Assembly (NCBI GenBank): GCA_017459965.1
Contig: JAFUBW010000014.1
Span: forward strand, 199,174 to 263,173
Direction: 5' to 3'
Length of the DNA: 64,000 nt
Source: Bacilli bacterium
GTDB taxonomy: Bacteria; Bacillota_I; Bacilli_A; RF39; UBA660
Positions 9,764-20,403 of this stretch are shown here, piece after piece. Both the position numbers and the translations under genes were made by a program. The notes beneath the pieces were generated by a model. That model did not search any database. It saw only the letters and a program-made list of their open reading frames with translations, and was not told the origin of the DNA. Within the stretch, counting starts at the first letter, position 1, and every line of letters starts with the position of its first letter.

Positions 9764-10295
9764 CTATTATTTCTATTAACCTTTCTTTATATTCATTTAT
9801 TGTACCATTATTTAATATATAATAATCTGCATAAGCGATTGGAGGAGCTTTTGCAATATTTTCTATCTCTGATATATCTCTATTTATTGCCTGCTCTTTT
9901 GTAAGAGGTCTTATATCTCTTTTAGAAAGTCTATCATATCTTATATTTTTATCAGCAATTATACTAATTAATATAATGTTATTTAGTTCTTTTGAAAGTA
10001 TTTTATATTCATCCCATGAATAAAGTCCATCAAGTACTACATTATTATCTTTAGATAATTCTTTTATTTTAGGTAGTAATATTTTAGCAAATGCACCCAT
10101 ACCAAGTTCTTCTCTTAATCTTTCTCTCATCATTTTTTCATTTTCTGGATTAATATCAAGGCCTTCTTCTTTTAATTTATCTATTGTTACTCCGCCAAAA
10201 TATACCTTTTTATATCCAAAATCATTTTCAAGTATATCACTAGCGACTGATTTACCTGAACCACACATACCTACAATTGCGATTACTTTATTCAT
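9756..10295 (-). CDS. P-loop nucleoside/nucleotide kinase-like protein
   Basis: Walker A motif GMCGSGKS at the N-terminus, 179 aa. Overlaps the alaS start, so co-transcription is likely. Confidence 0.5.
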   Translation of the reverse strand: MNKVIAIVGMCGSGKSVASDILENDFGYKKVYFGGVTIDKLKEEGLDINPENEKMMRERLREELGMGAFAKILLPKIKELSKDNNVVLDGLYSWDEYKILSKELNNIILISIIADKNIRYDRLSKRDIRPLTKEQAINRDISEIENIAKAPPIAYADYYILNNGTINEYKERLIEIIGD

Positions 10296-10299
10296 ATTA

Positions 10300-10500
10300 T
10301 ATTCCTTTCTTAATAAAAATAAAAAGAATGATACATATAAGGAGCCTTTATAGGCGGTACCATCCTTTATTTTACTTAATTAGATAACGGTTTTACCCGG
10401 GCATAATACCTTCTCATATGACAGCACTTTCATTAATAACTAAGTATTATCTTCCACCAATTGATAACTCTCTTTAAAATAGTTATTAACTACTTTTCAT
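10300..10500 (-). promoter_or_regulatory. candidate T-box leader upstream of the kinase-like gene and alaS
   Basis: GC-richer leader. The minus strand reads ...AGAGAG...AAUUGGUGG...GUGCUG...AAUAAAGGAUGGUACCGCC. The last segment resembles the T-box consensus AAUUAGGGUGGNACCGCG. A GCU (Ala) triplet lies in the plausible specifier region. No clean terminator helix was identified. Confidence 0.35.
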
Positions 10501-10570
10501 AATCAATGAATTTATGTATTAATTATAACAAATATAATTATTTTTATCAATAAATTATTAAATATAAAAT

Positions 10571-10597
10571 ATTAAAAAAAGAGAGTTTTATCTCTCT
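10571..10597 (-). terminator. intrinsic terminator for the small ORF
   Basis: Minus strand AAGAGAG-AUAAAA-CUCUCUU followed by a U-run. Confidence 0.4.
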
Positions 10598-10746
10598 TAA
10601 TTCATATTATCTAGCATTTTGTCCATCTTTTTTTCAGCTTTATTTACAAATTTTTGTAAATTACCTGATTTATATTGGTCGTACATGAACATAGCTCCTG
10701 CACCCATACCCATACCAATAGCCATCATGCCTAGTGCTTTTTTCAT
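10598..10746 (-). CDS. small Gly/Met-rich protein (49 aa), not in the supplied track
   Basis: Manual translation gives MKKALGMMAIGMGMGAGAMFMYDQYKSGNLQKFVNKAEKKMDKMLDNMN. The RBS GGAAGGTG lies 6 nt upstream of the ATG, and the ORF has its own downstream terminator. Confidence 0.4.
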
Positions 10747-10808
10747 TTATTTCACCTTCCTAATAATATGATTGGCTTATTGCCATTTATATTATTAACA
10801 AAAATATA

Positions 10809-13022
10809 TTAATTATTCATTAAAGATAATAATCTATCTTTTAAAGATGTTTTTCTTTCAATTTCAAAATTATTATAAACTGCATAGTAAAATGCTTTTG
10901 GATCTCCTATTATTGTTAAATTTTCTTTAGCTCTTGTAACTGCTGTATATATTAATTTTTTATAAAGCATAACTTTATATTGGTATGTCATTGGAAGAAC
11001 TACTATTTTAAATTCAGAGCCTTGTGATTTATGTATGCTAATAGCATATCCATGTTTTATTTTATCAAAATCTTTTTTTGTATATTTTACAACAGTTCCA
11101 TCAAAATCTATAAACATATTATTATTTTCTATTTTAGATATATATCCAATATCACCATTAAATACATTATTATCTACATCATTCTCTAAAAGTAATATTT
11201 TATCATTTTCTCTATATATTACATCTTTATTTATAATATAATTTTGACCTTTATCTGGATTAAATACTTCTTGAAGAATTTTATTTAAATTATCAATACC
11301 ATTTTCTGTTTTATACATGGGACAAAGCACTTGTATATCATCACATGTTAATCCCTTTTCTATAGCTTTTAGACAAACTCCTGTTACTTTTTCTTTAATA
11401 TTATCTGTTTGAATAAAACTATAATCATCTTTTTTTTCTAAAAAGTACTCACTAAGATCATTATCATTTATTTCTTTAGCAAGTGTTGATATATATGAAT
11501 TATCTTTTTGTCTATATATTTCAGTTAAATAAGTTACATTTATCATATCTGAATCTATTAAATCTTTTAATATTTTTCCAGGTGATACGCTTTCAAGTTG
11601 ATTATAGTCACCTATAAATACAATTTTTACATTTTTAGAAAGACCTTTAAGTAAATTATCAAGTAGTTGTGTATCTATCATACTAACCTCATCTACTATT
11701 ACAAAATCAACATTTGATTTATTTCTCTCATTTATTATAAAAGAATTATCTTCTTTATTCCATTTTAAAAATCTATGTATTGTAGATGCTGGATAAAGGC
11801 AGGCTTCAGATAGTTTTTTACTTGCTCTACCTGTAGGCGCAAGAAGGGCTAAATGCTTTTGAAGTTCGTCATAAGAATATCCATTCTTTTTTCTATATAA
11901 TTCAACAATAGCTTGTACTATAGTTGTTTTACCAGTACCTGGTGAACCAGTTATTATTGAAAAGTTTTTAAATATTGCATTTTTAATAGCTTCTATTTGT
12001 TTTTGATTATATTTAACATCAAAATGCAATTCTAAAGCACTTAATTCCTTTTCAAAATCATTGTAATTTATATCTTTTTTATTAACCAAGTAATAAACTA
12101 TTTCTGCGATTCTATTTTCTGAATCATAATACTCTTTTAAAAAATATTTATCATCTTCAATTATAATTTGTCCATTTTTATTTAGACTATTAATTATTTT
12201 TTCAAAAATATCTACATCTATTTCTTTTTCTAAAAAATTATTAATACCATTATTAATTTCTTCATAATTTAGATATGTATCTCCAGAATTAAAACATAAA
12301 TTTTTCATAACATAAATTGTAATAGCACCTATTCTTCTTTCATCAAAATCATCTATTTTTAAATTTAATCTTACTTGTTCTAATTTATTAAAAGATATTT
12401 CTGATATATCATACATTAGATTATATAAATTATCATTAATAACGCTCATAGTTATATCTTTATATTTATTATATATTTTCATTGAGTCTCTAACACTAAA
12501 ACCTATTTTATTAAGTTCAATTATTATATTATAACTTTCATTATATTTTGTTAAAGTATTATGAATTTTCTTAGCTTTTTCTTCTTTCATGCCGGGTACA
12601 ATAAGTAAATTTTGATAATTATCTTCAATTAATGAAAGTGTTTCTTCTCCTAAAGTATTTACTATATCTTTTGCCAATTTTTCACCTACACCTTTAAATA
12701 AATCACCTGATAAAAAAGCAATAATAGCGTCTTTTTCTTCAGGCATAATTCTTTCATATTCTGAAACATTATATTGAAGACCATATTTAAAATTATCTAC
12801 TAGTTCACCATAAAAAAGATATTTTTCATCTATAGTAAGTTCATGAAAATAACCTGTAAATGTAATTACGTCATCTATAAAATCTACCATATCAGGATCA
12901 TTTGTTTCTTTAACCTTAAAAAGACCAATAATATAATTGGTATCTGATTTAAAAATAGTTCTAATAAATGTTCCTTTTATGTAATTTCTCATAATTGTAC
13001 TCCTAAAATAATTATATAACAA
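10809..13022 (-). CDS. recD2: ATP-dependent RecD-like DNA helicase (RecD2/YrrC)
   Basis: N-terminal OB/HhH region similar to YrrC. SF1 helicase motifs GSPGTGKTT, DEVSMID, and a C-terminal SIHKSQGSE. Confidence 0.8.
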   Translation of the reverse strand: MLYNYFRSTIMRNYIKGTFIRTIFKSDTNYIIGLFKVKETNDPDMVDFIDDVITFTGYFHELTIDEKYLFYGELVDNFKYGLQYNVSEYERIMPEEKDAIIAFLSGDLFKGVGEKLAKDIVNTLGEETLSLIEDNYQNLLIVPGMKEEKAKKIHNTLTKYNESYNIIIELNKIGFSVRDSMKIYNKYKDITMSVINDNLYNLMYDISEISFNKLEQVRLNLKIDDFDERRIGAITIYVMKNLCFNSGDTYLNYEEINNGINNFLEKEIDVDIFEKIINSLNKNGQIIIEDDKYFLKEYYDSENRIAEIVYYLVNKKDINYNDFEKELSALELHFDVKYNQKQIEAIKNAIFKNFSIITGSPGTGKTTIVQAIVELYRKKNGYSYDELQKHLALLAPTGRASKKLSEACLYPASTIHRFLKWNKEDNSFIINERNKSNVDFVIVDEVSMIDTQLLDNLLKGLSKNVKIVFIGDYNQLESVSPGKILKDLIDSDMINVTYLTEIYRQKDNSYISTLAKEINDNDLSEYFLEKKDDYSFIQTDNIKEKVTGVCLKAIEKGLTCDDIQVLCPMYKTENGIDNLNKILQEVFNPDKGQNYIINKDVIYRENDKILLLENDVDNNVFNGDIGYISKIENNNMFIDFDGTVVKYTKKDFDKIKHGYAISIHKSQGSEFKIVVLPMTYQYKVMLYKKLIYTAVTRAKENLTIIGDPKAFYYAVYNNFEIERKTSLKDRLLSLMNN

Positions 13023-13070
13023 ACATAATAAAAAAACTAGATTATTCTAGTCTTTTTATTTGTTGATATT

Positions 13071-15419
13071 TTATTTTTTTCTTTTTTTAGCTTCTATATA
13101 AAATACATAAGCTAACATTATTAACCCTATTGTTAAAAGTACATATGTAACAGCTATGTTATTGGCTATACTAAATATATTAATAAATAATGTTATTATT
13201 AATAATATTGTACCAAAAATAGTAAATGAATCTCTTTTTTTATAAAATCCATAAAATATATAGAATGCTGATAATATAATGTTAAATACTAACATATCTG
13301 ATATTGTAATTATGTGAATTAAACCTAATAATATTAATTCAAATATAATTTTTTCTTTTTCTTTTAGTTTAAATACTTTTTCAAAATATATTAATAATAA
13401 AATAACTGTTAGTAATACTTTTAAAGAAACGGAATATTTAGATAATAAATCAATACTATTTATTAATTGTAAATATGGATATGCGATTACTATACTATAA
13501 CTTAATACTTTTCTATCTGAATCAACTTCAAGTAAGAACATAGATACTAAAATAATTAGATAAGATGCAAGTACTAATATATTTACTAATATTTCTAGAT
13601 TAATAAAATAATTAAATATTGAATTAATTAATATAAACCCAATTAATGTATAGAAGAATTTTATTGGAAATACAGTTCTATGTTTTTTATTATATAAATA
13701 ATATGTAAATACATATGATAATACAGTTAATGATACCCCTAATAATGATAAATAATCTAAATTAGAAATAACTGCTAATGATGATGTAATTATACTTATA
13801 TAAATATATATTGTTTGTTTATTATTTATTTTTATTTCAATAAAATCTAGTATTAAAGTTATTAATGAAATAAATAATAAACTATAATAGAATGATACAG
13901 AATATCTTATACTTAATAGAGCGAAATTCATTATTAACATTATTAATAACCATATATTTAAAGCTTTATTTCTTTTTATTGCTTTATTAAATACAAAATA
14001 ATATAACCAGATTATTTCATTTAATATAAATGCAACTACATTTGGTTTGTTAAATAATATTGTTAAACTTGATAATATTAAATATGTATATGAAAATATT
14101 TCAAATACTCCTTTTGAATAAGGATCTTTTTTCTTTTGATTAAATATAACAAATAATGTAAATAATATCATACTTATTATTAAATATATTATAGAAATAT
14201 CAATATTTAAAAAGTTTTTACATAAAGTATAAATTATTAAGAATATAATAGTTGGTAATAATGTTTTTGAAAAATATATTTGAATTTTTTCATCATTTAA
14301 TTTTATTATAAATAAACAAGTAAATAATAAAATTAGAGAATTAATGCAAAGTGTTATATAACTAACATTATAAATAATTAATATTATCATAATAAACAAT
14401 AGCATTAATATATATGAAATATTTTTTAATAATTTATTATCTTTTATATTAATTATAAAATTGAATAATATTATAGATAATATTGACATAAATAATATTA
14501 CATTTATATATTTATTAAAAATTGAATTGATAGATAATATTAATATTAAATTGATAATAAATGGATATAAATAAATTAATATATTCCTTTTTGATTTAAA
14601 TATTAATAATAATAAAGATGCGATAATAGTTATATATGTAATACTATGTAAAATATAATCAATTTTTATAGTTGAATATACACAAGTTACTATACTTGAT
14701 ATTAGTAATACTATACTTATAAATATATTAATAGTTCTATTATAATTCTTATTTTTTATAAATGAATAAAATATACATATTATTAAATTAAATGAATTTA
14801 ATATTGGTATCATTATTTCAAATTTATCTAAATTAAAAATACCAAACAAGCAAATAACTGTTATATATATAAATATATATGATATATACAAAAATAAATT
14901 TGATTTTAAAAATTTATCACTTATAAAATATAATATAAAACATATAAATGAAGAGATTGCTAAATAAACATACATACCATTGCCATCAAATGATAAATAT
15001 TCACCAAGCATTTTATCTTTTGCAACTAAATAAAGTATTATAGGAATAAATGATATTCCTAAGAACCATAAAAATTTATATGGCATTTTATAATCTAATT
15101 TTTTTGAAAATATTGATAATGATAAGAATAGTAATGACTCTATTGATAAGAATAATACTTTCAATATACTTGTCATTTCATTCCAATTTGCAATTGCAAA
15201 TATAACACTTGAAACAATAATTAATAAAGTTCCAACAGAAAGCAATAATTTTTCCTTCTTTTCTTCTTTATTTTTTTTGATTTCAGTATTTTTTTCAATT
15301 TTATTTGCATTTATTTGATTACCACATTTAGAACAAAATTTACTATTTTTATTTAATTTGTTCCCACACTTAACACAATAATTCATAGATCTATCTCCTT
15401 TTTCTTTATTATATAACAA
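13071..15419 (-). CDS. large polytopic membrane protein with N-terminal zinc-ribbon
   Basis: N-terminal CVKCGN...CSKCGN double CxxC, then about 20 hydrophobic segments. 782 aa, no family assignable. Confidence 0.55.
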   Translation of the reverse strand: MLYNKEKGDRSMNYCVKCGNKLNKNSKFCSKCGNQINANKIEKNTEIKKNKEEKKEKLLLSVGTLLIIVSSVIFAIANWNEMTSILKVLFLSIESLLFLSLSIFSKKLDYKMPYKFLWFLGISFIPIILYLVAKDKMLGEYLSFDGNGMYVYLAISSFICFILYFISDKFLKSNLFLYISYIFIYITVICLFGIFNLDKFEIMIPILNSFNLIICIFYSFIKNKNYNRTINIFISIVLLISSIVTCVYSTIKIDYILHSITYITIIASLLLLIFKSKRNILIYLYPFIINLILILSINSIFNKYINVILFMSILSIILFNFIINIKDNKLLKNISYILMLLFIMIILIIYNVSYITLCINSLILLFTCLFIIKLNDEKIQIYFSKTLLPTIIFLIIYTLCKNFLNIDISIIYLIISMILFTLFVIFNQKKKDPYSKGVFEIFSYTYLILSSLTILFNKPNVVAFILNEIIWLYYFVFNKAIKRNKALNIWLLIMLIMNFALLSIRYSVSFYYSLLFISLITLILDFIEIKINNKQTIYIYISIITSSLAVISNLDYLSLLGVSLTVLSYVFTYYLYNKKHRTVFPIKFFYTLIGFILINSIFNYFINLEILVNILVLASYLIILVSMFLLEVDSDRKVLSYSIVIAYPYLQLINSIDLLSKYSVSLKVLLTVILLLIYFEKVFKLKEKEKIIFELILLGLIHIITISDMLVFNIILSAFYIFYGFYKKRDSFTIFGTILLIITLFINIFSIANNIAVTYVLLTIGLIMLAYVFYIEAKKRKK

Positions 15420-15470
15420 TTCTTTTATAAATTAAAGTTAAAAATTAAAAAAAGGTTATTATATAACCTT

Positions 15471-17831
15471 TTATCTTAAAGATAATTCCTTAAAGGATTT
15501 TAATTCATAAATATTTGCTTTACTTTTTACAATAATATCCTTTAATTTATCTATATTATTTTTTTTATTTTTATTATCATTCTTTACAATTATTTTTGGC
15601 TTAGAATTATCTTTAAATTCATTTTTTGGTACACTAATAGATTTTATTTTAAAATCTATTTTACTATATTTCAAGGCATATTTATTAAGTTCATTTTCTT
15701 TTTTTATAGTTTTAGATATTACTTTTGTGATAGGTTTTTCATCCTTTTTATTATCAGTCATAGAAATTACAATTGATTCAACTTTTTGTTTCTTTTCTTC
15801 TTGCATTGCTGATTTTTTTTCTTCTTTTTCTTTTTGCATAATTTCTTCAATTTGTGTTTGCATTTCATTTAATATATTTGTTTTTCCATCAACATAATAT
15901 TCATATTCTTTATCTTTTACATGTAATAATCTATCTGTATAGACAATAAAATCTAAATCATTAGGTCCATATAAGAACTTATTTTCATTATTAGTTAAAT
16001 CTACATAATAGAATCTAAAATTTCTTTTATTATATTCATTAATATATCTATAATATTTTGTTTTTTCTTTTTTAGAATCTCTAAATAATAATACAAAGTA
16101 TTCATTTTCAGTTTGATTAAATATTTCTGTTGCCATAATTTCAGTAAAGTTACCTTTATCATCTAATTTTACAGGTTTAATTGTTTTTTCATCAATACCA
16201 TCATTTATACTTCCAATACCATATATATAAAGCATACAATAAATTAGTAATCCTAAAAAAACTGCAAATAAGAATAACAATACATATGAAAATAAATAAT
16301 TTTTCTTCTTTATAACTATATCTATATCTTCTTGTATATTTTCTTTTATATTATTTTCTTTCTTTTTAAAATTAAATAATTTCTTTTTTTCTTTCTTAAG
16401 TTTTTCTTTTTTAACTTTTTCTTTCTTTATTCTTTCCTTCTTAGGTTTTTCTTTCTTAGGTCTATCTTTTTTTAGTTTTATTTTACTAATTAAACTATTA
16501 ATTTTATTGTTTTTTGTTTCATTTTTGTTAACTTTTATTTCTTCTTCTTTTGTATTAATTAATTCTTCGATAATTTTATCTATATTATCACTATCTAATT
16601 TTTTTATTAATAATTTTTTATGATTTTTTTCAATAATAGATATTTCTTTATCCTTATTATATCCTCCAGATATACCAATATATTTATCATTTACTTCTTC
16701 ACCATTATATTTATTCATTCCTATTTGATTAGAAATGTAATTAGTTAAATAATCATTTGTATTGTTATTATATAAATATTTATAATTAAATTGATATACA
16801 TAATAATCATATTTATCTTTTGTATATTTTTTAATAAATTTTAAATTTTTTGGTTCATTTGTATATGAAGTTGCGATTACAAAATTTGTATATAAATCAG
16901 ATTCTGATAATAATTTTTGTGTTAAATATTTTTTAGGCATTAAATCCACTTTTTCATATATTGTTAATAATTCAAATAATGCATACCTACTTGATTTATC
17001 TTTAACAATTGGATCAAAATTAAATTTATTTAGTTTTTTATTTTTTCTAAAATAATTATCTAATATAAATAATTTTAATTGATTATCATTTTTCTTTAGT
17101 AATTTTTCTAAATATTCTTTAGTTTTTTTACCAGAAATATAATATTCAATATTAACTGCTAATTCTAAGAAATATCTTAATTCTTTATATTCTTTATTAT
17201 GTAATCCATCATATGTATTTTTAAATTTATAAGTTAATGCTTTTTCAAAGAGACTACATATATAATCTGTTATTATTTTTTTATTTTTCTTAATATCTTC
17301 TTTAAGTACAACTCCTGAATTTAAATAATTATTAAGTAATATAAGTATGTTATTTTTTTCAATATCAAATTTTAATGCTTTATATAATTTAGGGAATATA
17401 TATGGATATGATAAGGGTTTATTTGAAAGTTCACCAATTGGTATATTAACTCTATTTTTATAATATTTTAATACTAAATCTGAATATAAAATTAATGATT
17501 CTTTTTCATTTAAAGTTGTAAGTAGATAAAGCACTCTATCTTGCGCTTCAGGTGTTAAATCTTTAAATACTTTTCTAATTGCGTCATTATATTCTACATA
17601 ATAATTTTTAAAGCATAATTCAATTAATGATGAGTTAATCCCACCAAATTCATCAACTACATCAAAATTTCTTGTAGAATTTTCAATTAAATATAATCCT
17701 ATTTTTTTAGTTATTTTATATTTTTCTAATTTTCTAAATGCTTTAATTTTATCATTAAAGTTATTTTTTTCTAATTTTTCAACTAAGTAAGAAATCTTAC
17801 TTAGTTTTATATCTTCCAGTAATTCTTTCAT
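15471..17831 (-). CDS. large hypothetical protein with lysine-rich KKEK repeats and a single central TM helix
   Basis: 786 aa. The N-terminal roughly 440 aa are a soluble domain. It has a PKKEKPKKERIKKEKVKKEK low-complexity stretch, then a TM segment LFSYVLLFLFAVFLGLLIY, then a C-terminal roughly 270-aa domain. Confidence 0.5.
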   Translation of the reverse strand: MKELLEDIKLSKISYLVEKLEKNNFNDKIKAFRKLEKYKITKKIGLYLIENSTRNFDVVDEFGGINSSLIELCFKNYYVEYNDAIRKVFKDLTPEAQDRVLYLLTTLNEKESLILYSDLVLKYYKNRVNIPIGELSNKPLSYPYIFPKLYKALKFDIEKNNILILLNNYLNSGVVLKEDIKKNKKIITDYICSLFEKALTYKFKNTYDGLHNKEYKELRYFLELAVNIEYYISGKKTKEYLEKLLKKNDNQLKLFILDNYFRKNKKLNKFNFDPIVKDKSSRYALFELLTIYEKVDLMPKKYLTQKLLSESDLYTNFVIATSYTNEPKNLKFIKKYTKDKYDYYVYQFNYKYLYNNNTNDYLTNYISNQIGMNKYNGEEVNDKYIGISGGYNKDKEISIIEKNHKKLLIKKLDSDNIDKIIEELINTKEEEIKVNKNETKNNKINSLISKIKLKKDRPKKEKPKKERIKKEKVKKEKLKKEKKKLFNFKKKENNIKENIQEDIDIVIKKKNYLFSYVLLFLFAVFLGLLIYCMLYIYGIGSINDGIDEKTIKPVKLDDKGNFTEIMATEIFNQTENEYFVLLFRDSKKEKTKYYRYINEYNKRNFRFYYVDLTNNENKFLYGPNDLDFIVYTDRLLHVKDKEYEYYVDGKTNILNEMQTQIEEIMQKEKEEKKSAMQEEKKQKVESIVISMTDNKKDEKPITKVISKTIKKENELNKYALKYSKIDFKIKSISVPKNEFKDNSKPKIIVKNDNKNKKNNIDKLKDIIVKSKANIYELKSFKELSLR

Positions 17832-17906
17832 ATTTCCACCCTATCTACTTCTTTTTAGTAAAATTCAAAATTATTATAACATATTAATTTAAAATTTGAA
17901 GATTTT

Positions 17907-18503
17907 TTATATAATTTCTTTTAATATTTCATTTAAATATTTAATTATATCTTTTTTAATTTTTTTTATATATTTATTTGTAATATTTTTTATTCTTTCT
18001 TTTAATTCTTTAGTAGTTGAATATTTAGATATATCTTCATTTGAATACATTCCTTTTTTATTAAGAATTGCTTTTGTTTGCGATTCTTTTAATATATCAG
18101 TATATTTATAATCACCATATAAATAAGTAACTTCTGCAAGACCATTTTTAACTATTTCATTTTGGAGTAATTTATCATTGACAAATACCCAGGCTAAATA
18201 TCTATCATATCTATCCTTTTTATCACTATTATTATCAAATTCAAGTTCTATTTTTTTTGCGTTTTTTAACTTTCTACAAGTAAAATTTTTTGCTTCTATA
18301 CCATAAGGTTCTTCATCAATATTATTATGTTTTACTTCTGGTGTATCAATTGCTAGAAATCTAACTTTTATTTCTTTTTTATTCATAATAAAATTTGCGG
18401 TATCCCCATCTATACATGATTTTAATATTACTTCTTTTTTTTCACTAGCATAACAATTAAGAGGTAACAATAAAATTATTAATATTATAAGATATTTTTT
18501 CAT
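17907..18503 (-). CDS. secreted thermonuclease (staphylococcal nuclease homologue)
   Basis: Signal peptide, then SNase motifs DGDT, RFLAIDTPE, and YDRYLAWV. Confidence 0.8.
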   Translation of the reverse strand: MKKYLIILIILLLPLNCYASEKKEVILKSCIDGDTANFIMNKKEIKVRFLAIDTPEVKHNNIDEEPYGIEAKNFTCRKLKNAKKIELEFDNNSDKKDRYDRYLAWVFVNDKLLQNEIVKNGLAEVTYLYGDYKYTDILKESQTKAILNKKGMYSNEDISKYSTTKELKERIKNITNKYIKKIKKDIIKYLNEILKEII

Positions 18504-18601
18504 ATACTCACCATAATAATAATAATATCATATTTTTTTATCTTAGTTAATTAGTATTATTATCTATTACATAATTTTTACAATTGAATACTATATTATA
18601 G

Positions 18602-18805
18602 GTGATATTTATGATTAATTTTTTACAAAATTTAATATGTAATACAAAAAAATTAATATTATTTTTATTAGCTGTTTCTTTGTTTATTATATTAACTTAT
18701 CAAATATTAATTCTTTTATTTATAACTACACCACTTAATGCAGTTCTCTTACTTATAGTGTTTTTACTTTTGTGTACTAGTGGTTTCTTCTTTTTTAGAT
18801 GTTAA
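18602..18805 (+). CDS. small membrane protein (67 aa), putative
   Basis: RBS AGGTGA upstream of the ATG. Two hydrophobic segments. The 3' end overlaps the convergent ysxE-like gene. Confidence 0.3.
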   Translation: MIFMINFLQNLICNTKKLILFLLAVSLFIILTYQILILLFITTPLNAVLLLIVFLLLCTSGFFFFRC

Positions 18806-19660
18806 TAATTTTTCTGTTTTATATATTTTATCAAGTAATTTTCTAACTGCTTTTGTTTTATCATATTCATTTTTTTCAAAATCTATTTTATTAGGAATTG
18901 ATATTAGTATATTCATTAATATTTTTTCTTCTTTTAAAAGTGGAAATATTCTTTGATATTCTTCTAAAAGATTTGAAAAATCAAATTCAAGAGAATAATT
19001 ATTATAAAAATATACTAGATCATAAATAGGTATATCTACTTTACTTTTATCCCATGAAATTAAATATATATTTTTATTTTTTATTATATTATCAAGTTTT
19101 AAATTATTATGAAGAGTAACTACTCTTTTTCTTTTTTTATCTTTTATTAATTCATACCAATTATCTAGTTCATTATTACAATAATATATACATGAAAATA
19201 TTTTTGATATATTTCTAGCAATTAGATATTCAGATGGAGACATATATACATTAGATTCTATCATACTAATAATATCAAGATAATAATTATTAATATATCC
19301 TATTTTTTGTTTTAAATCTTCATATATATTTTTATATTCATCATAATCTATTTCTTTATAATATGTTGTTTTACTATGAAGAAGAGCAAGAATATGCATT
19401 AAATCAAACGCTTTTTGATTATTATCATAATTAATATCATCTAAATATTCGAATAATATATAATTATCATCTATATCTATTATTTTTGGAAAATATACAA
19501 AGTTTCTAGATAATAAGTATTTATATATGTCATTACCCTTATTTTGTTTTAAAACAAAAAGACCTTTATTGGTATCTACTATAGTTGCTTTTCCTTTTAT
19601 AGTATATTTATTTACCAAAAGGTCATTTTTTTTAAGAATATTTTTATATTGCTTTATCAT
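18764..19660 (-). CDS. CotS/YsxE-family spore-coat kinase-like phosphotransferase
   Basis: APH/ChoK-like catalytic loop HNNLKLDNI and downstream DxxY. Adjacent to a SpoVID-like gene, as ysxE-spoVID in Bacillus. Confidence 0.6.
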   Translation of the reverse strand: MIKQYKNILKKNDLLVNKYTIKGKATIVDTNKGLFVLKQNKGNDIYKYLLSRNFVYFPKIIDIDDNYILFEYLDDINYDNNQKAFDLMHILALLHSKTTYYKEIDYDEYKNIYEDLKQKIGYINNYYLDIISMIESNVYMSPSEYLIARNISKIFSCIYYCNNELDNWYELIKDKKRKRVVTLHNNLKLDNIIKNKNIYLISWDKSKVDIPIYDLVYFYNNYSLEFDFSNLLEEYQRIFPLLKEEKILMNILISIPNKIDFEKNEYDKTKAVRKLLDKIYKTEKLLTSKKEETTSTQK

Positions 19661-20372
19661 TATTAGTAAATGGTATTATTATTTTGTTTCCAAGGGTAAT
19701 TTTTTCTATATCATTATATTGTTTTATATCATCAACTGATACACTATATTTCATACTAATAGAATCTAGAGTATCATTTTCTCTAACTATATGAACATAA
19801 TATGATACATATTGTTCATCAGTTGAATCAAAATTATCAAATATAGAAGTTACTTTTTCATCTTCTTTAGTTTCTTTTAAAACTTCAGTCACATTTTCAT
19901 CAGTTTGTTTAAATAAATCTTTTTCTTCTATCACTTTATCATTCTCCTTATCTATACCAATATATTCATCTATAAATTTATCATTAGTTTCTCTTGCTTC
20001 TATTATTACATCAGGTTCTATTTGTTCTTGTTTTTCTTCTTCTTTTATTTTTATTGTTCCCTCTATTAAAACATCAATATTTACTCTAAGTATTTCTTCA
20101 TTTATTATTTCATATTTAAAATCATCTATATCTATTTTTAATGAATCAGTATTATAATATTCATCTAATGATATATCAAAAGGAAGTCCATAAATAAATG
20201 GTTCTGTATTAATGGATGAATCATTCATTTTATAATCTCCACTTACTATAAATTCACCATCTATTTCATTATTTTCTTCTATAGATAATGTGTTTTCTAG
20301 TGAAATAGATGTTATTTCATATATTTTAGTATTAAATTTAATATCTTTTGTAAATGGTATTACTTTTTTCAT
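19644..20372 (-). CDS. SpoVID-like morphogenetic protein (N-terminal SPOCS-like region and C-terminal LysM)
   Basis: The N-terminal segment SISLENTLSIEENNEIDGEFIVSGDYK resembles the SpoVID N-terminus. C-terminal LysM domain HIVRENDTLDSISMKYSVSVDDIKQYN. Confidence 0.55.
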   Translation of the reverse strand: MKKVIPFTKDIKFNTKIYEITSISLENTLSIEENNEIDGEFIVSGDYKMNDSSINTEPFIYGLPFDISLDEYYNTDSLKIDIDDFKYEIINEEILRVNIDVLIEGTIKIKEEEKQEQIEPDVIIEARETNDKFIDEYIGIDKENDKVIEEKDLFKQTDENVTEVLKETKEDEKVTSIFDNFDSTDEQYVSYYVHIVRENDTLDSISMKYSVSVDDIKQYNDIEKITLGNKIIIPFTNNDKAI

Positions 20373-20403
20373 AAATATCCCTCATTTCTATTTAATAATA
20401 TTA

